From: Candidatus Bathyarchaeota archaeon A05DMB-4
Lineage (GTDB): Archaea > Thermoproteota > Bathyarchaeia > Bathyarchaeales > SOJC01
NCBI GenBank assembly: GCA_019685575.1
Contig: JABFQO010000004.1
Coordinates: forward strand, 66,927-130,926
Direction: 5' to 3'
Length of the DNA: 64,000 bases
The notes beneath the pieces are model-generated. The model was not told the origin of the DNA and made no database searches. It saw only the letters and a list, made by a program, of their open reading frames with translations. A program made the position numbers and the translations under genes. Shown here one piece after another: positions 27,359 to 37,258 of this stretch. Position 1 is the first letter of the stretch. Each line of letters opens with the position of its first letter.

Positions 27359-28405
27359 TTGAAGGCGATGGTTATGAGAACAATTGAATGGAAAAACGGC
27401 GTCGTCGTCACGATCGATCAGACCAAACTACCAAGCACAGTCGAGTTTTTCGAAATAAGAACGTGCGCTCAAATGGCAGAGGCTATTAAAACGATGAAAA
27501 TCCGTGGCGCCCCCTTGTTAGGTGTGGCGGCGGCTTACGGGTTAGCCTTGACCGTTTGCAACAGTAAAGCAAGCACTAAAGAAGGGCTGCTTGCAGAATT
27601 GAATGATTCAGCAGAACTTTTGAGGAAAACACGCCCAACTGCCGTGAACCTTTTTTGGGGGGTTGAGCGGATCCTTAGAAAAGCGGGCGAATCCTCTGGC
27701 AACTTGTCTGGCGTAAAGGATTTGGTTATTCAAGAAGCGCAGCGGATGGCAGATGAGGATGTAAAAACCAATCGGGCGATAGGCGAAAACGGAGCCCGAC
27801 TAATAAAAGATGGCGACGTGATTCTTACTCACTGCAATGCTGGTAGTTTGGCAACCGTAGACTACGGCACCGCGTTGGCGGTTATTCGGGTGGCTAAAGA
27901 ACAAGGCAAGCGTGTTAGAGTATTTGCCACAGAAACGCGACCGAAACTGCAAGGCGCTAGGCTTACGGCGTTCGAACTGAAACGAGACAACACGCCCGTC
28001 ACATTGATCACAGATTGTATGGTCGGATATGTCATGTACAAAAGCTTGGTAAACAAGGTTATCGTCGGCGCAGACCGCATAGTCAAAGATGCAGTTTTTA
28101 ACAAAATTGGCACTTATACAATCGCTGTATTGGCTTATGAACATAAGATTCCCTTCTACGTTGCCGCGCCCAAATCCACCTTCGACTTGGCACACTATGC
28201 GGATGGCGTTACGATTGAGGAAAGAAACCCTGAGGAAGTTACTTTTTGTGGGGGCCAAAAAATAGCGCCTGAAGGAGTAGACGTGCTAAACCCTGCCTTT
28301 GACATCACGCCACTCAAGTACATTACTGCCGTAATCTGCGAAGACAAAGTGCTTTCGCCCGCCGAGTTCAAGAAGTTGAGCTTTAATTCTGCCATAAACT
28401 CTTAA
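27359..28405 (+). CDS. eIF-2B alpha/beta/delta-family isomerase (MtnA / ribose-1,5-bisphosphate isomerase family)
   Basis: Characteristic N-terminus (IEWKNGVVVTIDQTKLP..., IRGAPLLGVAAAYGLAL) and HCNAG region. Confidence 0.75.
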   Translation: MKAMVMRTIEWKNGVVVTIDQTKLPSTVEFFEIRTCAQMAEAIKTMKIRGAPLLGVAAAYGLALTVCNSKASTKEGLLAELNDSAELLRKTRPTAVNLFWGVERILRKAGESSGNLSGVKDLVIQEAQRMADEDVKTNRAIGENGARLIKDGDVILTHCNAGSLATVDYGTALAVIRVAKEQGKRVRVFATETRPKLQGARLTAFELKRDNTPVTLITDCMVGYVMYKSLVNKVIVGADRIVKDAVFNKIGTYTIAVLAYEHKIPFYVAAPKSTFDLAHYADGVTIEERNPEEVTFCGGQKIAPEGVDVLNPAFDITPLKYITAVICEDKVLSPAEFKKLSFNSAINS

Positions 28406-28444
28406 ACACAAAACCATAATACCTATCAAATAAGCTGAATCATC

Positions 28445-29020
28445 ATGACCTTTGAACAAACAAAAAATAAACCCACGCCTTCAGAAAGCAATGAGCAAAG
28501 GAAGATCGAGGCAGTGTTGTCGAAAAACGAGATAACCGTTTCCGCCTCAAACGACATAGACGCGCTTAGTTCTCGTGGCTATGGCATCGTGGACAACGGC
28601 AAATTAAAACTTGCATTTTTCGAGGCGCTTTTCCTTCTTGAAAAAAAACTGATCGACGTCAAACAGAAAAAACCCAAAAAAATGCTCAGTTTCCACGAGG
28701 TGCTACAACATTCTAAAAAATTGGACACAAACGCTTGGGCCAAATATTTGATCTACCGTGACCTGCGAAGCCGCGGATACGTAGTGCGAGAAGGTTTTGG
28801 ACTGGGCATGGACTTCCGTTTCTATGAACGCGGCGAGTATGGTAAAGACACGGCAAAGTACGTGGTTTTCGGGATCCAAGAAGGCAAGCCAGTTTCTATG
28901 GAAGAGCTAATGCGAGTTCTCAAGTACGTTCAAGGTTCTAAAAAAACACTAATCCTCGCAGTGCTGAACCGCCGAGGCGAAGTTGTTTACTACACGCTTT
29001 CGCAACTCACAATAAGATAA
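28445..29020 (+). CDS. endA: tRNA-splicing endonuclease (EndA)
   Basis: LAFFEALFLLEKKLIDV and YLIYRDLRSRGYVVREGFGLGMDFRFYERG...KYVVF match the EndA N- and C-terminal catalytic domains. Confidence 0.8.
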   Translation: MTFEQTKNKPTPSESNEQRKIEAVLSKNEITVSASNDIDALSSRGYGIVDNGKLKLAFFEALFLLEKKLIDVKQKKPKKMLSFHEVLQHSKKLDTNAWAKYLIYRDLRSRGYVVREGFGLGMDFRFYERGEYGKDTAKYVVFGIQEGKPVSMEELMRVLKYVQGSKKTLILAVLNRRGEVVYYTLSQLTIR

Positions 29021-29033
29021 CAGTCGCGAAACG

Positions 29034-29351
29034 TTATTCCCTTTTTTCAACAACAATTTTGCAGTTTGTCGCCAAGGCCGCTACCGCGCCGAGTGCGGCA
29101 AGCCAAGGAGCCAGAACGACGCCTATGACTCCGATGGTGGCTGGAATTTCAAGCAGCACTTTGCCTTTTTCATCTTTGACGATTATTCTTGTTACGTTGC
29201 CTTCATGAAGTAGGGCTTTGACGTTTTCGATGAGTTTGTCAGCGGAAACCGAGATTTCTTCGGTAGTCGTCTTGGCAACTGGTGCTCCACATTTTGGACA
29301 GAATTTGTCATCTTCTTTCAGTTTTGTTCCACACTTAACACAGTAGCCCAT
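29034..29351 (-). CDS. Zinc-ribbon protein with C-terminal hydrophobic (DUF4342-like) segment
   Basis: CVKCG...CPKCG zinc ribbon. Start reassigned to ATG at 29351, preceded by GAAGGGGAAA SD. Confidence 0.45.
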   Translation of the reverse strand: MGYCVKCGTKLKEDDKFCPKCGAPVAKTTTEEISVSADKLIENVKALLHEGNVTRIIVKDEKGKVLLEIPATIGVIGVVLAPWLAALGAVAALATNCKIVVEKRE

Positions 29352-29364
29352 GGTTTCCCCTTCG

Positions 29365-29862
29365 TTAAGCGAAGGACTTGGTTGCAAGGACGGCGGCTCG
29401 AATTATAAGCGTCACGCCGGCGAGCATTATAATCGTCGCCCAGAACACGAACCATGTCTCCAACGTTGTTGTAGATGTGAGAAATCTGTTGCTGAGGTAA
29501 AAGGCGCCTAGCCAGAAAACGATGTTTGAGGCGGTCTCGGCTTTTTTGCCAATAGGCGAACCTGCAAAGAACCTCATGGCTAGGATGATGATTTGGAAGA
29601 TTCCCCAGACAAGGCAGAACTGCGTAACTACGGAGTAAAGCACAGTGTGAGTCCATGGTCTCGCAGGTGCGGGCCAATAGATAACACTGGAGTTAGGGAT
29701 TCTCACAATGTCAAAGTCTCTAAAGAAGCCTAAGATTTTGTCAAAGAGGTTAGGCGTCACGACAAAAAATGCTCCGACCAAGATCAAGAAAAACCCCGCT
29801 GAAATCGCGCCGAACAATCCTTCTAAATATTTGGGTCGAAAAACCCTATGTTCTTCAGTCAA
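29365..29862 (-). CDS. Hypothetical membrane protein (4 predicted TM helices)
   Basis: 165 aa with hydrophobic segments. Immediately upstream of the zinc-ribbon gene on the same strand. Confidence 0.4.
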   Translation of the reverse strand: MTEEHRVFRPKYLEGLFGAISAGFFLILVGAFFVVTPNLFDKILGFFRDFDIVRIPNSSVIYWPAPARPWTHTVLYSVVTQFCLVWGIFQIIILAMRFFAGSPIGKKAETASNIVFWLGAFYLSNRFLTSTTTLETWFVFWATIIMLAGVTLIIRAAVLATKSFA

Positions 29863-29977
29863 ATGTTGTCCCTCGACTATCCTATTTTACAAGAGTAAGC
29901 ATATAACGTTTTTTTATTATTAACAAGGTGCATGTTTTAAATACTCAAGTTGAAAATAATAAAGAAAACGTGCAAAG

Positions 29978-30502
29978 GTGAATGACGTGCCATATTGTCC
30001 AAAGTGTGGCGGAAAAGTTGATGAAGAAATGGCCTTTTGTCCCAAGTGCGGTGTAGCACTGAAAGCCGAAAAACCTCAAAGCGTTGCTGAAAGAAAAGAA
30101 TTGGGGGAAAGAATGGAGCAGATGGGCAAAGAAATCGGAGCCAAAGTATCCAAGCGAGCAAAAGAAATCAGTGAAAAAGTTGCTGAGAAAGCAGAAGACA
30201 TCCGCACAAAATCAGAAGAACGCGCTAGGAGGGGCGAAAAATCGGAGAAAGAAGAGAAGCATGAGAAAGGAGAGCACTACGAAAAGGAAGAAACCTACGA
30301 AAAACGCGAATTCAGTTTCATAGGTCCACTGATTGGTGGTTTAATCATTATGTTTTTGGGCTTTTTGTTGTATCTTCAGGTCACCGGCTACTTTGGCATT
30401 GAAACGGCAGGCGCCTTATTCTTCATCATAATAGGCATAGTAATAATCATTGTCGGATTGTATGCGGCTGCGGTTGCGAGGAGAAGACACCCGCCAACTT
30501 AG
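29978..30502 (+). CDS. Zinc-ribbon membrane protein with charged coiled linker and C-terminal TM helices
   Basis: CPKCG...CPKCG N-terminal zinc ribbon, a K/E-rich middle and 2-3 C-terminal TM helices. Divergent from the 29034..29862 pair. Confidence 0.45.
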   Translation: MNDVPYCPKCGGKVDEEMAFCPKCGVALKAEKPQSVAERKELGERMEQMGKEIGAKVSKRAKEISEKVAEKAEDIRTKSEERARRGEKSEKEEKHEKGEHYEKEETYEKREFSFIGPLIGGLIIMFLGFLLYLQVTGYFGIETAGALFFIIIGIVIIIVGLYAAAVARRRHPPT

Positions 30503-30603
30503 ATTTCAATTAATCACACCGTAGTTTACTGCTATTTTTTCAAGTTTTCTTCTTAAAATTCGCACGCAATGTTTATCTTAACTCGAGCCGACATGAAAAG
30601 GAG

Positions 30604-31920
30604 ATGAAACACATGCCAGAGTTCAAGACTGCCCGTGGAATGCGTGATTTCCTACCTAAAGAAGCCGCAACAATGAGATACGTGGAGGCAATAACCCGGG
30701 AACTTGCTGGTTTGTACGGGTTTCAAGAAATAATTACGCCTATCATAGAATCCTACGAGTTGTTGGCTGCAAAGTCTGGCGAGGAAATTCGGCAACGCAT
30801 GTACACATTTGAGGACTTGGGTGGCAGAAAACTTGGGTTGCGCCCAGAGTTTACTGCGTCCATTGCGCGGCTTATGGCGACCACGTTGCGGAACGAGCCG
30901 AAGCCTTTGCGTTTGTATTGTGTTGGGAGCCTTTATCGGTATGATGAGCCGCAGTTTGGGCGTTTCAGAGAGTTTTGGCAGTCGAATTTCGAACTTATCG
31001 GCTCCACTCGACCAGAAGCTGACGCGGAAATTTTGGCGTTAACTAATGATTTGCTGAAAAGGGTCGGGCTTCAGAATTATTGGTTCAAAATCGGGCACGT
31101 TGGCATCGTCCGTGGAATACTTGGTGCCGAAGATGTTGGAGAAGAAAACCAGAACAAAATCATGCAACTACTTGACAAGAAACAATGGGCTGACGCGTTG
31201 ACTCTTGCTAAAAATCTGAAAGTCTCTGATCAATGCATAGCGACATTGAAGAAGATTTTCGAAATAAAAGGAAAAAATAGTGACCGAGTGATTGAAGAAA
31301 TCAAGAGCGCCGTGGTCCGCTATGAGAAGGCGATGTTTGCGGTGGATAATCTTGGCGAAATTTTGGAGTTACTCAAAACGGGAGGTGTTGAATTTGACAT
31401 GTCCATCGAGGCCGGGTTTGCAAGAGGGTTAGAGTATTACACGGGCATGATTTACGAAATCTACGTTCCCGAAATGGACATCGCGCTTGGAGGCGGAGGA
31501 CGGTATGACAGGCTTATCGAATTGTTCGGCGGAGAGCCAACACCCGCAACCGGCATAGCCCACGGAATCGACCGCATAACCTTAGCGATGGAAAAACAAC
31601 AAACTCCGCCGTTAATTCGTACACAAAAGCGTGTCATGGTGATTTTCATAGGCGAAGAATTGAAGAGTGAAGCGCTAAGAATCGCCTCTATGCTGCGAAC
31701 TGCAGGCGTATCGGCTGAGTTGGAAGTTATGGGACGCGCTGTTACACGGGCGTTGCAAGACGCCGACCGAAGAGGCATCAAACAAGCAGTCATTTTGGGA
31801 CCGAAAGAGATGGAAAAGGGCGAAGTGATTCTTCGTGACATGGAAAAACGAGAACAACATACAATAAAAAAACAATACTTAATAAAAGAAATCGAAAAAA
31901 GAACGCCTCATTCTGCATAA
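30604..31920 (+). CDS. hisS: Histidine--tRNA ligase (HisRS)
   Basis: Class II aaRS with HisRS signatures (ARGMRDFLP, RYDEPQ.GR.REF.Q) and a C-terminal anticodon-binding domain. Confidence 0.9.
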   Translation: MKHMPEFKTARGMRDFLPKEAATMRYVEAITRELAGLYGFQEIITPIIESYELLAAKSGEEIRQRMYTFEDLGGRKLGLRPEFTASIARLMATTLRNEPKPLRLYCVGSLYRYDEPQFGRFREFWQSNFELIGSTRPEADAEILALTNDLLKRVGLQNYWFKIGHVGIVRGILGAEDVGEENQNKIMQLLDKKQWADALTLAKNLKVSDQCIATLKKIFEIKGKNSDRVIEEIKSAVVRYEKAMFAVDNLGEILELLKTGGVEFDMSIEAGFARGLEYYTGMIYEIYVPEMDIALGGGGRYDRLIELFGGEPTPATGIAHGIDRITLAMEKQQTPPLIRTQKRVMVIFIGEELKSEALRIASMLRTAGVSAELEVMGRAVTRALQDADRRGIKQAVILGPKEMEKGEVILRDMEKREQHTIKKQYLIKEIEKRTPHSA

Positions 31921-31936
31921 ACTGTTATTAGCATGT

Positions 31937-33214
31937 GTGAACGATAAGTTTCTAAAAACAAACCAAGCCTTTAGAAAGGTGCAACAAGTGTTCCTGTACG
32001 ACATCATAAAAATGCTCTATTCACCTTTGAAAGCGTTTCGAGAAATTTTGGCAAATCCCAAAATCAGAGGACCAATAATTATCGTGATAATAAGCTTACT
32101 CCTGACGATGGGTACCCACTACATGAGTGCCTCAAAGCATTACATCGAAATCATCACGCCCGCCACTCGGGTAGCATGGACAAACATGACAAACCCATCT
32201 TCAATATGGACATCAAATGCGCCGCCGGAAAACATTACAGCGACGGCGGTTTCGCATGAAATGCTGGTGGGTAACTACTCCGTCAACGCCCTCATCTCTA
32301 ATAATGACACGATTTGGCTGAAAACCACCCGCATAGAAACGATAAACTGCTCTGAAAACTCTGAGTTCAGAACCTTTTATTATAAACTCATGTACAACAA
32401 CGCAGAACTCCAAAACGCTTCGACCGCAAATCTAAGATTGTATTCGCTTAAAAACGAAAGCAGATACTTCGAATTTAACCTCCTCAGCAACGAGAAATAC
32501 CTAGGTCCAAATGCGATGTGGATAGACGCAAACGTTTCTCTCTCCGATTCTGGCTGGGTTCCCGTTAATTCGCCCGATTGGTCAAACATTACCGGCATAG
32601 AGTTTAGGCTTGGTTTTAGCAACGCTACGGCGTTGACTCTTCGGCTGAATGATTTGCATTTTGGCGGAAAATACGAATCCTACGTTTCCATCATAGGATC
32701 AACTGCCCTTCTTACCGGGGAAATAATAGATTTGACCGTTGACACCTTGCTGTACTGGACAATTTTTGCGGCAATGGTTTGGTTATCGTTGAAAGTATTC
32801 AGCGGAGAAAGTTCTCTGAAAACATTAATGATCGTTATAGGCTATGTTTTTGTGGTTGCGTTTGTTCGCGAACCGTTAAATATGCTTTTGATTTCTCAGC
32901 TTCCCATTGTTTATTTTCCTTTCAGCGCTACAGTGTTTCTTAATCGTCAACTACTCAGTGCAAGGGAAATTGAAACAGCCCCTGCTATGATAGCGAGTGT
33001 TTACGAAAAAAATTGGTATCCCACGGCGGTCTATCCAATTTTAAACATGGTCATTCCAGTCTTGTTTGCAACATGGACAATTGCCTTAGTAGTGATTGCG
33101 GTCAAGACGTTGCAGGGGTTTTCTTGGAAAAAAGCAGTACTGATTGCTATAATTGCCTACAGCATGACGTTCTTCTTGCATGCCATGATGAGAGCGTTGA
33201 TGTTATCCGCGTAG
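31937..33214 (+). CDS. Membrane protein with large extracellular sequon-rich domain (Yip1-like topology?)
   Basis: N-terminal TM, ~200-aa region with about 10 N-x-S/T sequons, and C-terminal multi-TM domain. Confidence 0.45.
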   Translation: MNDKFLKTNQAFRKVQQVFLYDIIKMLYSPLKAFREILANPKIRGPIIIVIISLLLTMGTHYMSASKHYIEIITPATRVAWTNMTNPSSIWTSNAPPENITATAVSHEMLVGNYSVNALISNNDTIWLKTTRIETINCSENSEFRTFYYKLMYNNAELQNASTANLRLYSLKNESRYFEFNLLSNEKYLGPNAMWIDANVSLSDSGWVPVNSPDWSNITGIEFRLGFSNATALTLRLNDLHFGGKYESYVSIIGSTALLTGEIIDLTVDTLLYWTIFAAMVWLSLKVFSGESSLKTLMIVIGYVFVVAFVREPLNMLLISQLPIVYFPFSATVFLNRQLLSAREIETAPAMIASVYEKNWYPTAVYPILNMVIPVLFATWTIALVVIAVKTLQGFSWKKAVLIAIIAYSMTFFLHAMMRALMLSA

Positions 33215-33271
33215 TTTGCTGGGTTAGTCGTTTCACTTTCTTGCCCAACAACATGATGAGCCATGCCGAGA

Positions 33272-33442
33272 TTATTTTTGTTCTTTCTCAAGCATACGTT
33301 TGAGGCGTTTCTCCATCTTCAACTCATACACATGCTCTTGAGGGGGAGGTAGCAATTTTTTCAGTTGCTTTTCGCCTTGAGCGTCTTGAGCGGTCTTGGT
33401 TTTCTTTTGTTTTTTCTCTTTTTTGTGCAATCGTTTAGGCAT
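33272..33442 (-). CDS. Putative small Lys-rich protein (56 aa)
   Basis: ATG..TAA ORF MPKRLHKKEKKQKKTKTAQD..., below the track's size cut-off. No homology recognised. Confidence 0.2.
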   Translation of the reverse strand: MPKRLHKKEKKQKKTKTAQDAQGEKQLKKLLPPPQEHVYELKMEKRLKRMLEKEQK

Positions 33443-33584
33443 AACTTTTCTTCACATCTCCTTAGAAATGTTGGTGACGTGCGATATAAACCTAAAAATG
33501 TGACAACCATGGTGCATTAACATCGAAGAAAACGTTATTAATTGCCCAAATCATACTCAAAGCCGTAAACGGTGACCAACCTGT

Positions 33585-34424
33585 TTGTCGTTTGAAATAC
33601 AAGAACTGCTGGACATTATTAGAGTAATTATATTGATAAACATTGCAAAAGGAAAACCGCTACCGAAATCTGTGCTTAAGCGGCGAATCGACAGAATCTG
33701 TACAAAATACGTATGCATCGAAACAAGCGACTTCGACAAAACCTTAACAGAAATGGCAGCGGAAGGATTAATTCTCGTTCACGACGAATCAGTTCAGCTT
33801 ACCGACCAAGGCGTAAAGTTGGGCAAGGAATGGCGGAAGCTTCTGTTGAAAAAAGAGCCCATCATAGAAGTTGTTGCTGGATTAACCGACGGTTCCATCA
33901 CTGGTCTCGTAGTCGTTCTCTCTTCTTATATCGCAAACTTGTCACTTGGCACGGCAACTTTCGCCGCCCTTTTAACCCTCGCAGCCGTCGCCATAACCAA
34001 CTTCTCCAGTTTTCTGCTCGGCGGCATCACGGAAGATTTGGCGGACATGTTAACCCTCCAGACTTTAATACGCTACAGCGTAAGCGACATCCCGAACGGT
34101 GCGGAGCGGAACAAATCACTGATGCTTGTAAAACAATTATTCACGGTTTTGCACAAGGAAATAAGTAGAGCAAACCTTTACGCCGCTATAATCTGCGGCA
34201 CAACCACCTACTTAGCAGGCGGCATGCCCATAATAGTTTATTTGTTGTTGCCCCACCCAATTGACATAATCCTCGCCCTCAGTGTGGTAGGCTTCATCAT
34301 AGGCGCCTTTCTTGTGCGTTACCGTTCACAGAGAACAAAAGTGCACTGGAAAATTACGCTGTTCGAAACCGTAGCCATCGTCGCAATCGCAGTCATCGCC
34401 TCGTTAATAGTGGGAAGCATATAA
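33585..34424 (+). CDS. VIT1/CCC1-family membrane protein with N-terminal winged-helix-like domain
   Basis: VAGLTDGSITGLVVV motif and C-terminal TM helices typical of the VIT family. Confidence 0.45.
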   Translation: MSFEIQELLDIIRVIILINIAKGKPLPKSVLKRRIDRICTKYVCIETSDFDKTLTEMAAEGLILVHDESVQLTDQGVKLGKEWRKLLLKKEPIIEVVAGLTDGSITGLVVVLSSYIANLSLGTATFAALLTLAAVAITNFSSFLLGGITEDLADMLTLQTLIRYSVSDIPNGAERNKSLMLVKQLFTVLHKEISRANLYAAIICGTTTYLAGGMPIIVYLLLPHPIDIILALSVVGFIIGAFLVRYRSQRTKVHWKITLFETVAIVAIAVIASLIVGSI

Positions 34425-34499
34425 ACCCGTGCAATTTTGTCAAAAAAGAGAAATAGTTCTTGTTCTGGGAGGGTAACCTGAAGGAGGTGAGAGTGGAAA

Positions 34500-35447
34500 A
34501 TGAGCGAAAATTTGCACATTGAAACGAGGAAAGGAAGCGAGTATTCGGGTTCTCCAGCGCCATTCGCGTTTTTCCTAATCTTATTCATAATCTTCATAGC
34601 ATTAGCAGCGTTGGTCTTTCCTGACCCTTTAGCCGCCATGTTTAGCGGTGTGGCTTTTCTTTGTTTACTGGTTTTGCCGTTTACTGTTGCGATTAACAAG
34701 GAGTGGGAAGAGGCTATAATACTGCGGTTCGGGAAGTTTCAGAGGCTCGTGGGGCCTGGCTTCTTTTTCAAGTGGCCGTTGGCTGAGAGTTTTCTGAAGC
34801 AAGACAAACGAATCATTACGTTGGACGTTGCTCGTCAAGAGGTCATGACTAAAGATAACATCAGCGTGAGCATCGACGCGGTGGTGTTCATGAGAGTAGT
34901 CAACACTAAAGACAGCCTTGTCAACATCCAAAACTTGTGGAACAGCGTCATGAAACACGCACAGACCACCATGCGAGACGTGGTGGGCAACGTGGAACTG
35001 GACGATTTGCTGGCGCGACGAGAAGAAATCGCTGAAAGGATTGAACAAGTTGTGGAGGGCGAAACACAAGGATGGGGCGTCGACATAATCTCCGTCAAAC
35101 TGCAGAACGTGGAACTGCCCGAGGACATGAAACGCGTAATTGCACGACAAGCCGAAGCCGAACGAGAAAAACGCGCCGTCATAATCAAAAGTGAGGGTGA
35201 ACTAACCGCAGCCACAAACCTTGAAAAAGCAGTGCAGCAAATGAGCAACCGAGCGATGTATTTACGTACTCTTTCAAGCCTGGAAGACATCAGTTACGAC
35301 CCGAGTAATACGATCGTGTTCGCGCTTCCTATGGATGTCGTGAAAGGCGAAATTATCGGGTTGTCCGCGTTTGCCAAAGCAAGCGGAGAAAGGTCGACTG
35401 AGAGGCTACCGCGACGCGAACCGAGAGAGAAAAGTGAGCAAACATAA
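34500..35447 (+). CDS. SPFH/band-7 (stomatin/prohibitin-like) membrane protein
   Basis: N-terminal TM followed by an SPFH domain (LDVARQEVMTKDNISVSIDAVVFMRV...VKLQNVELPEDM). Confidence 0.85.
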   Translation: MSENLHIETRKGSEYSGSPAPFAFFLILFIIFIALAALVFPDPLAAMFSGVAFLCLLVLPFTVAINKEWEEAIILRFGKFQRLVGPGFFFKWPLAESFLKQDKRIITLDVARQEVMTKDNISVSIDAVVFMRVVNTKDSLVNIQNLWNSVMKHAQTTMRDVVGNVELDDLLARREEIAERIEQVVEGETQGWGVDIISVKLQNVELPEDMKRVIARQAEAEREKRAVIIKSEGELTAATNLEKAVQQMSNRAMYLRTLSSLEDISYDPSNTIVFALPMDVVKGEIIGLSAFAKASGERSTERLPRREPREKSEQT

Positions 35448-35584
35448 CACCAACCTTTCTTTCTTTTCAACGCGATGTTTCTTCAAAACTGGCATATGAT
35501 GGTAAATTTATACGAATATAAATAAACCATACATAATCCTTATTTAACATGTACTTTCTACTCTAAAAACTCCGTGGTGGAATA

Positions 35585-36322
35585 TTGAAAGCAGCATTGC
35601 AAGTAGCCGCGTTCGCGTTAAACGTGGGCTTATACACGGCATTCGGATATCTTTTCTATTACATATTACCCTTAACAACGCCTGGACTAGGATTGGTAAG
35701 ATTTTGGCCGCAAGTAATCATCCCAGCAGTGTTCGCCGTCATTTTCGGTCCTTGGGTCGGCGGCTTCGGCGCTGCACTCGGCATTTTCATCAACGACATG
35801 CTCATTCATGGTAACCCGATTTTGAGTTTGATGGCTGGAGTGACTTCTAACTTTGCTGGGTTCTGGCTTCTTGGCTACATTGCGAACAGAAACATGGATT
35901 GGAAAATCCCGATGCTCGGCTTCGGAATCGTCAGCGCTCTGCTCGTGGGGGTCGCATACGCCTTTGTGACTCCTTTCGAGTACATGATTTTCGCTTCTGG
36001 GCTTGTTGTGGGAAGCTATATCGCGCTTCTGATTGTTGTTTGGCTTACACCGAAATGGAGAAGCTACGAAGTGGGTTCAATGATAGGCTTACTCATAGGT
36101 AGCGCAATAATCGGAATAATGGTGCCCGTCTTTAGCCAGTTTTTCATCATGCCCGGTAATACAGAACTGACGCCTTTGGCGGTGGCTGCAGGCTTTGGGT
36201 ATCTTATTTGGACGTTCACTACAGAGATTCCGTTCTTAATAATCCTCGGACCGCCAATACTCGAAGCAGTCTACAAAGCATACCCGTCCCTCAAACCCCA
36301 GAGCAAGAAGGAGAGCAAATAG
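35585..36322 (+). CDS. ECF-transporter S-component-like membrane protein (possible PanT-like pantothenate/precursor carrier)
   Basis: 6-TM protein with FGPWVGGFGAALG motif. Located directly upstream of pantoate kinase and PPAT. Confidence 0.4.
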   Translation: MKAALQVAAFALNVGLYTAFGYLFYYILPLTTPGLGLVRFWPQVIIPAVFAVIFGPWVGGFGAALGIFINDMLIHGNPILSLMAGVTSNFAGFWLLGYIANRNMDWKIPMLGFGIVSALLVGVAYAFVTPFEYMIFASGLVVGSYIALLIVVWLTPKWRSYEVGSMIGLLIGSAIIGIMVPVFSQFFIMPGNTELTPLAVAAGFGYLIWTFTTEIPFLIILGPPILEAVYKAYPSLKPQSKKESK

Positions 36323-36325
36323 CGC

Positions 36326-37258
36326 GTGGAAAGAAAGGCGCGCGCATTTTTTCCGTCCGGCATTTCGAGTTTTTTTGAAATCTGTGACCAAACCGCTGAA
36401 GGCAAGCCCATATCAGATTTGGAACGAGTTGGCGCTCGAGGGGGAGGATTCGCTTTTGAGAAAGGAGTCAAAACCGAAGTTAGCGTAAAAGAGGCCGAAG
36501 AAAACAGAATCCAGATTTACATAAACAAAAAACCATCACCAGAAGCCACCACTACACAGGCAGTAGTTGAGGCCTTGTTGCAAAAATGCGACCAAGCATT
36601 CGAAGTTATCGTTAAACATCAAGTAGAGGTACCCGTCGGCGCTGGTTTTGGATCCAGTGCTGCAGGCGCTCTGGGCGCAACGTTTGCTTTGTGCAGGGCG
36701 TTGAGACTGAACCTTACTGTTAACCAACTCGGCCGCGTTGCACACATCGCGGAAATAAAATGTCACACTGGCTTAGGCACCGTAAGCCCACTGCTAATAG
36801 GAGGATGCGTCATCTCAGTAGAACCGGGCGCTCCGGGCATAGCGGTTATTGACAGGATTCCGGTTGATTCTGATTATCGAATCGTCGCTGGAGTTTTTCG
36901 TCCGTGGCCCACGAAGAAGGTTCTGGTGTCTCCAGAGATTAAAAAGAAGGTCAACAAGTGTGGCCGAGAGACCGTGGATAAAATCCTAGCAAACCCCTCA
37001 CTTGAAAACTTTATGAAAACCAGCCAAGAATTCGCGGTAGAATCCGGTTTTGCTACGCAAAGAATTTTAAAACTTATGAAACTTGCGGAAAAAGCAGGCG
37101 CGGTCGGCGTGGCGCAGAACATGGTTGGCGAAGCGGTTCATGCTGTTGTTGAGGAGGACAAAGTCGAGGGCGTAGTTCAAGTTTTTAAGAAAGTTCTGCC
37201 AAAAAAGAACATTCTCTATGGAAAAATCGACTTTCAAGGTCTGCGACTGTTGAAATGA
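36326..37258 (+). CDS. Pantoate kinase (archaeal CoA pathway, GHMP kinase family)
   Basis: GHMP motif PVGAGFGSSAAGALG. ~300 aa. Adjacent to PPAT. Confidence 0.6.
   Translation: MERKARAFFPSGISSFFEICDQTAEGKPISDLERVGARGGGFAFEKGVKTEVSVKEAEENRIQIYINKKPSPEATTTQAVVEALLQKCDQAFEVIVKHQVEVPVGAGFGSSAAGALGATFALCRALRLNLTVNQLGRVAHIAEIKCHTGLGTVSPLLIGGCVISVEPGAPGIAVIDRIPVDSDYRIVAGVFRPWPTKKVLVSPEIKKKVNKCGRETVDKILANPSLENFMKTSQEFAVESGFATQRILKLMKLAEKAGAVGVAQNMVGEAVHAVVEEDKVEGVVQVFKKVLPKKNILYGKIDFQGLRLLK

Noticed and set aside
34665-35290. Two antisense ORFs (161 and 151 aa) inside the SPFH gene
   Set aside because: They are fully contained within a strongly supported SPFH/band-7 gene on the opposite strand, with no motifs.
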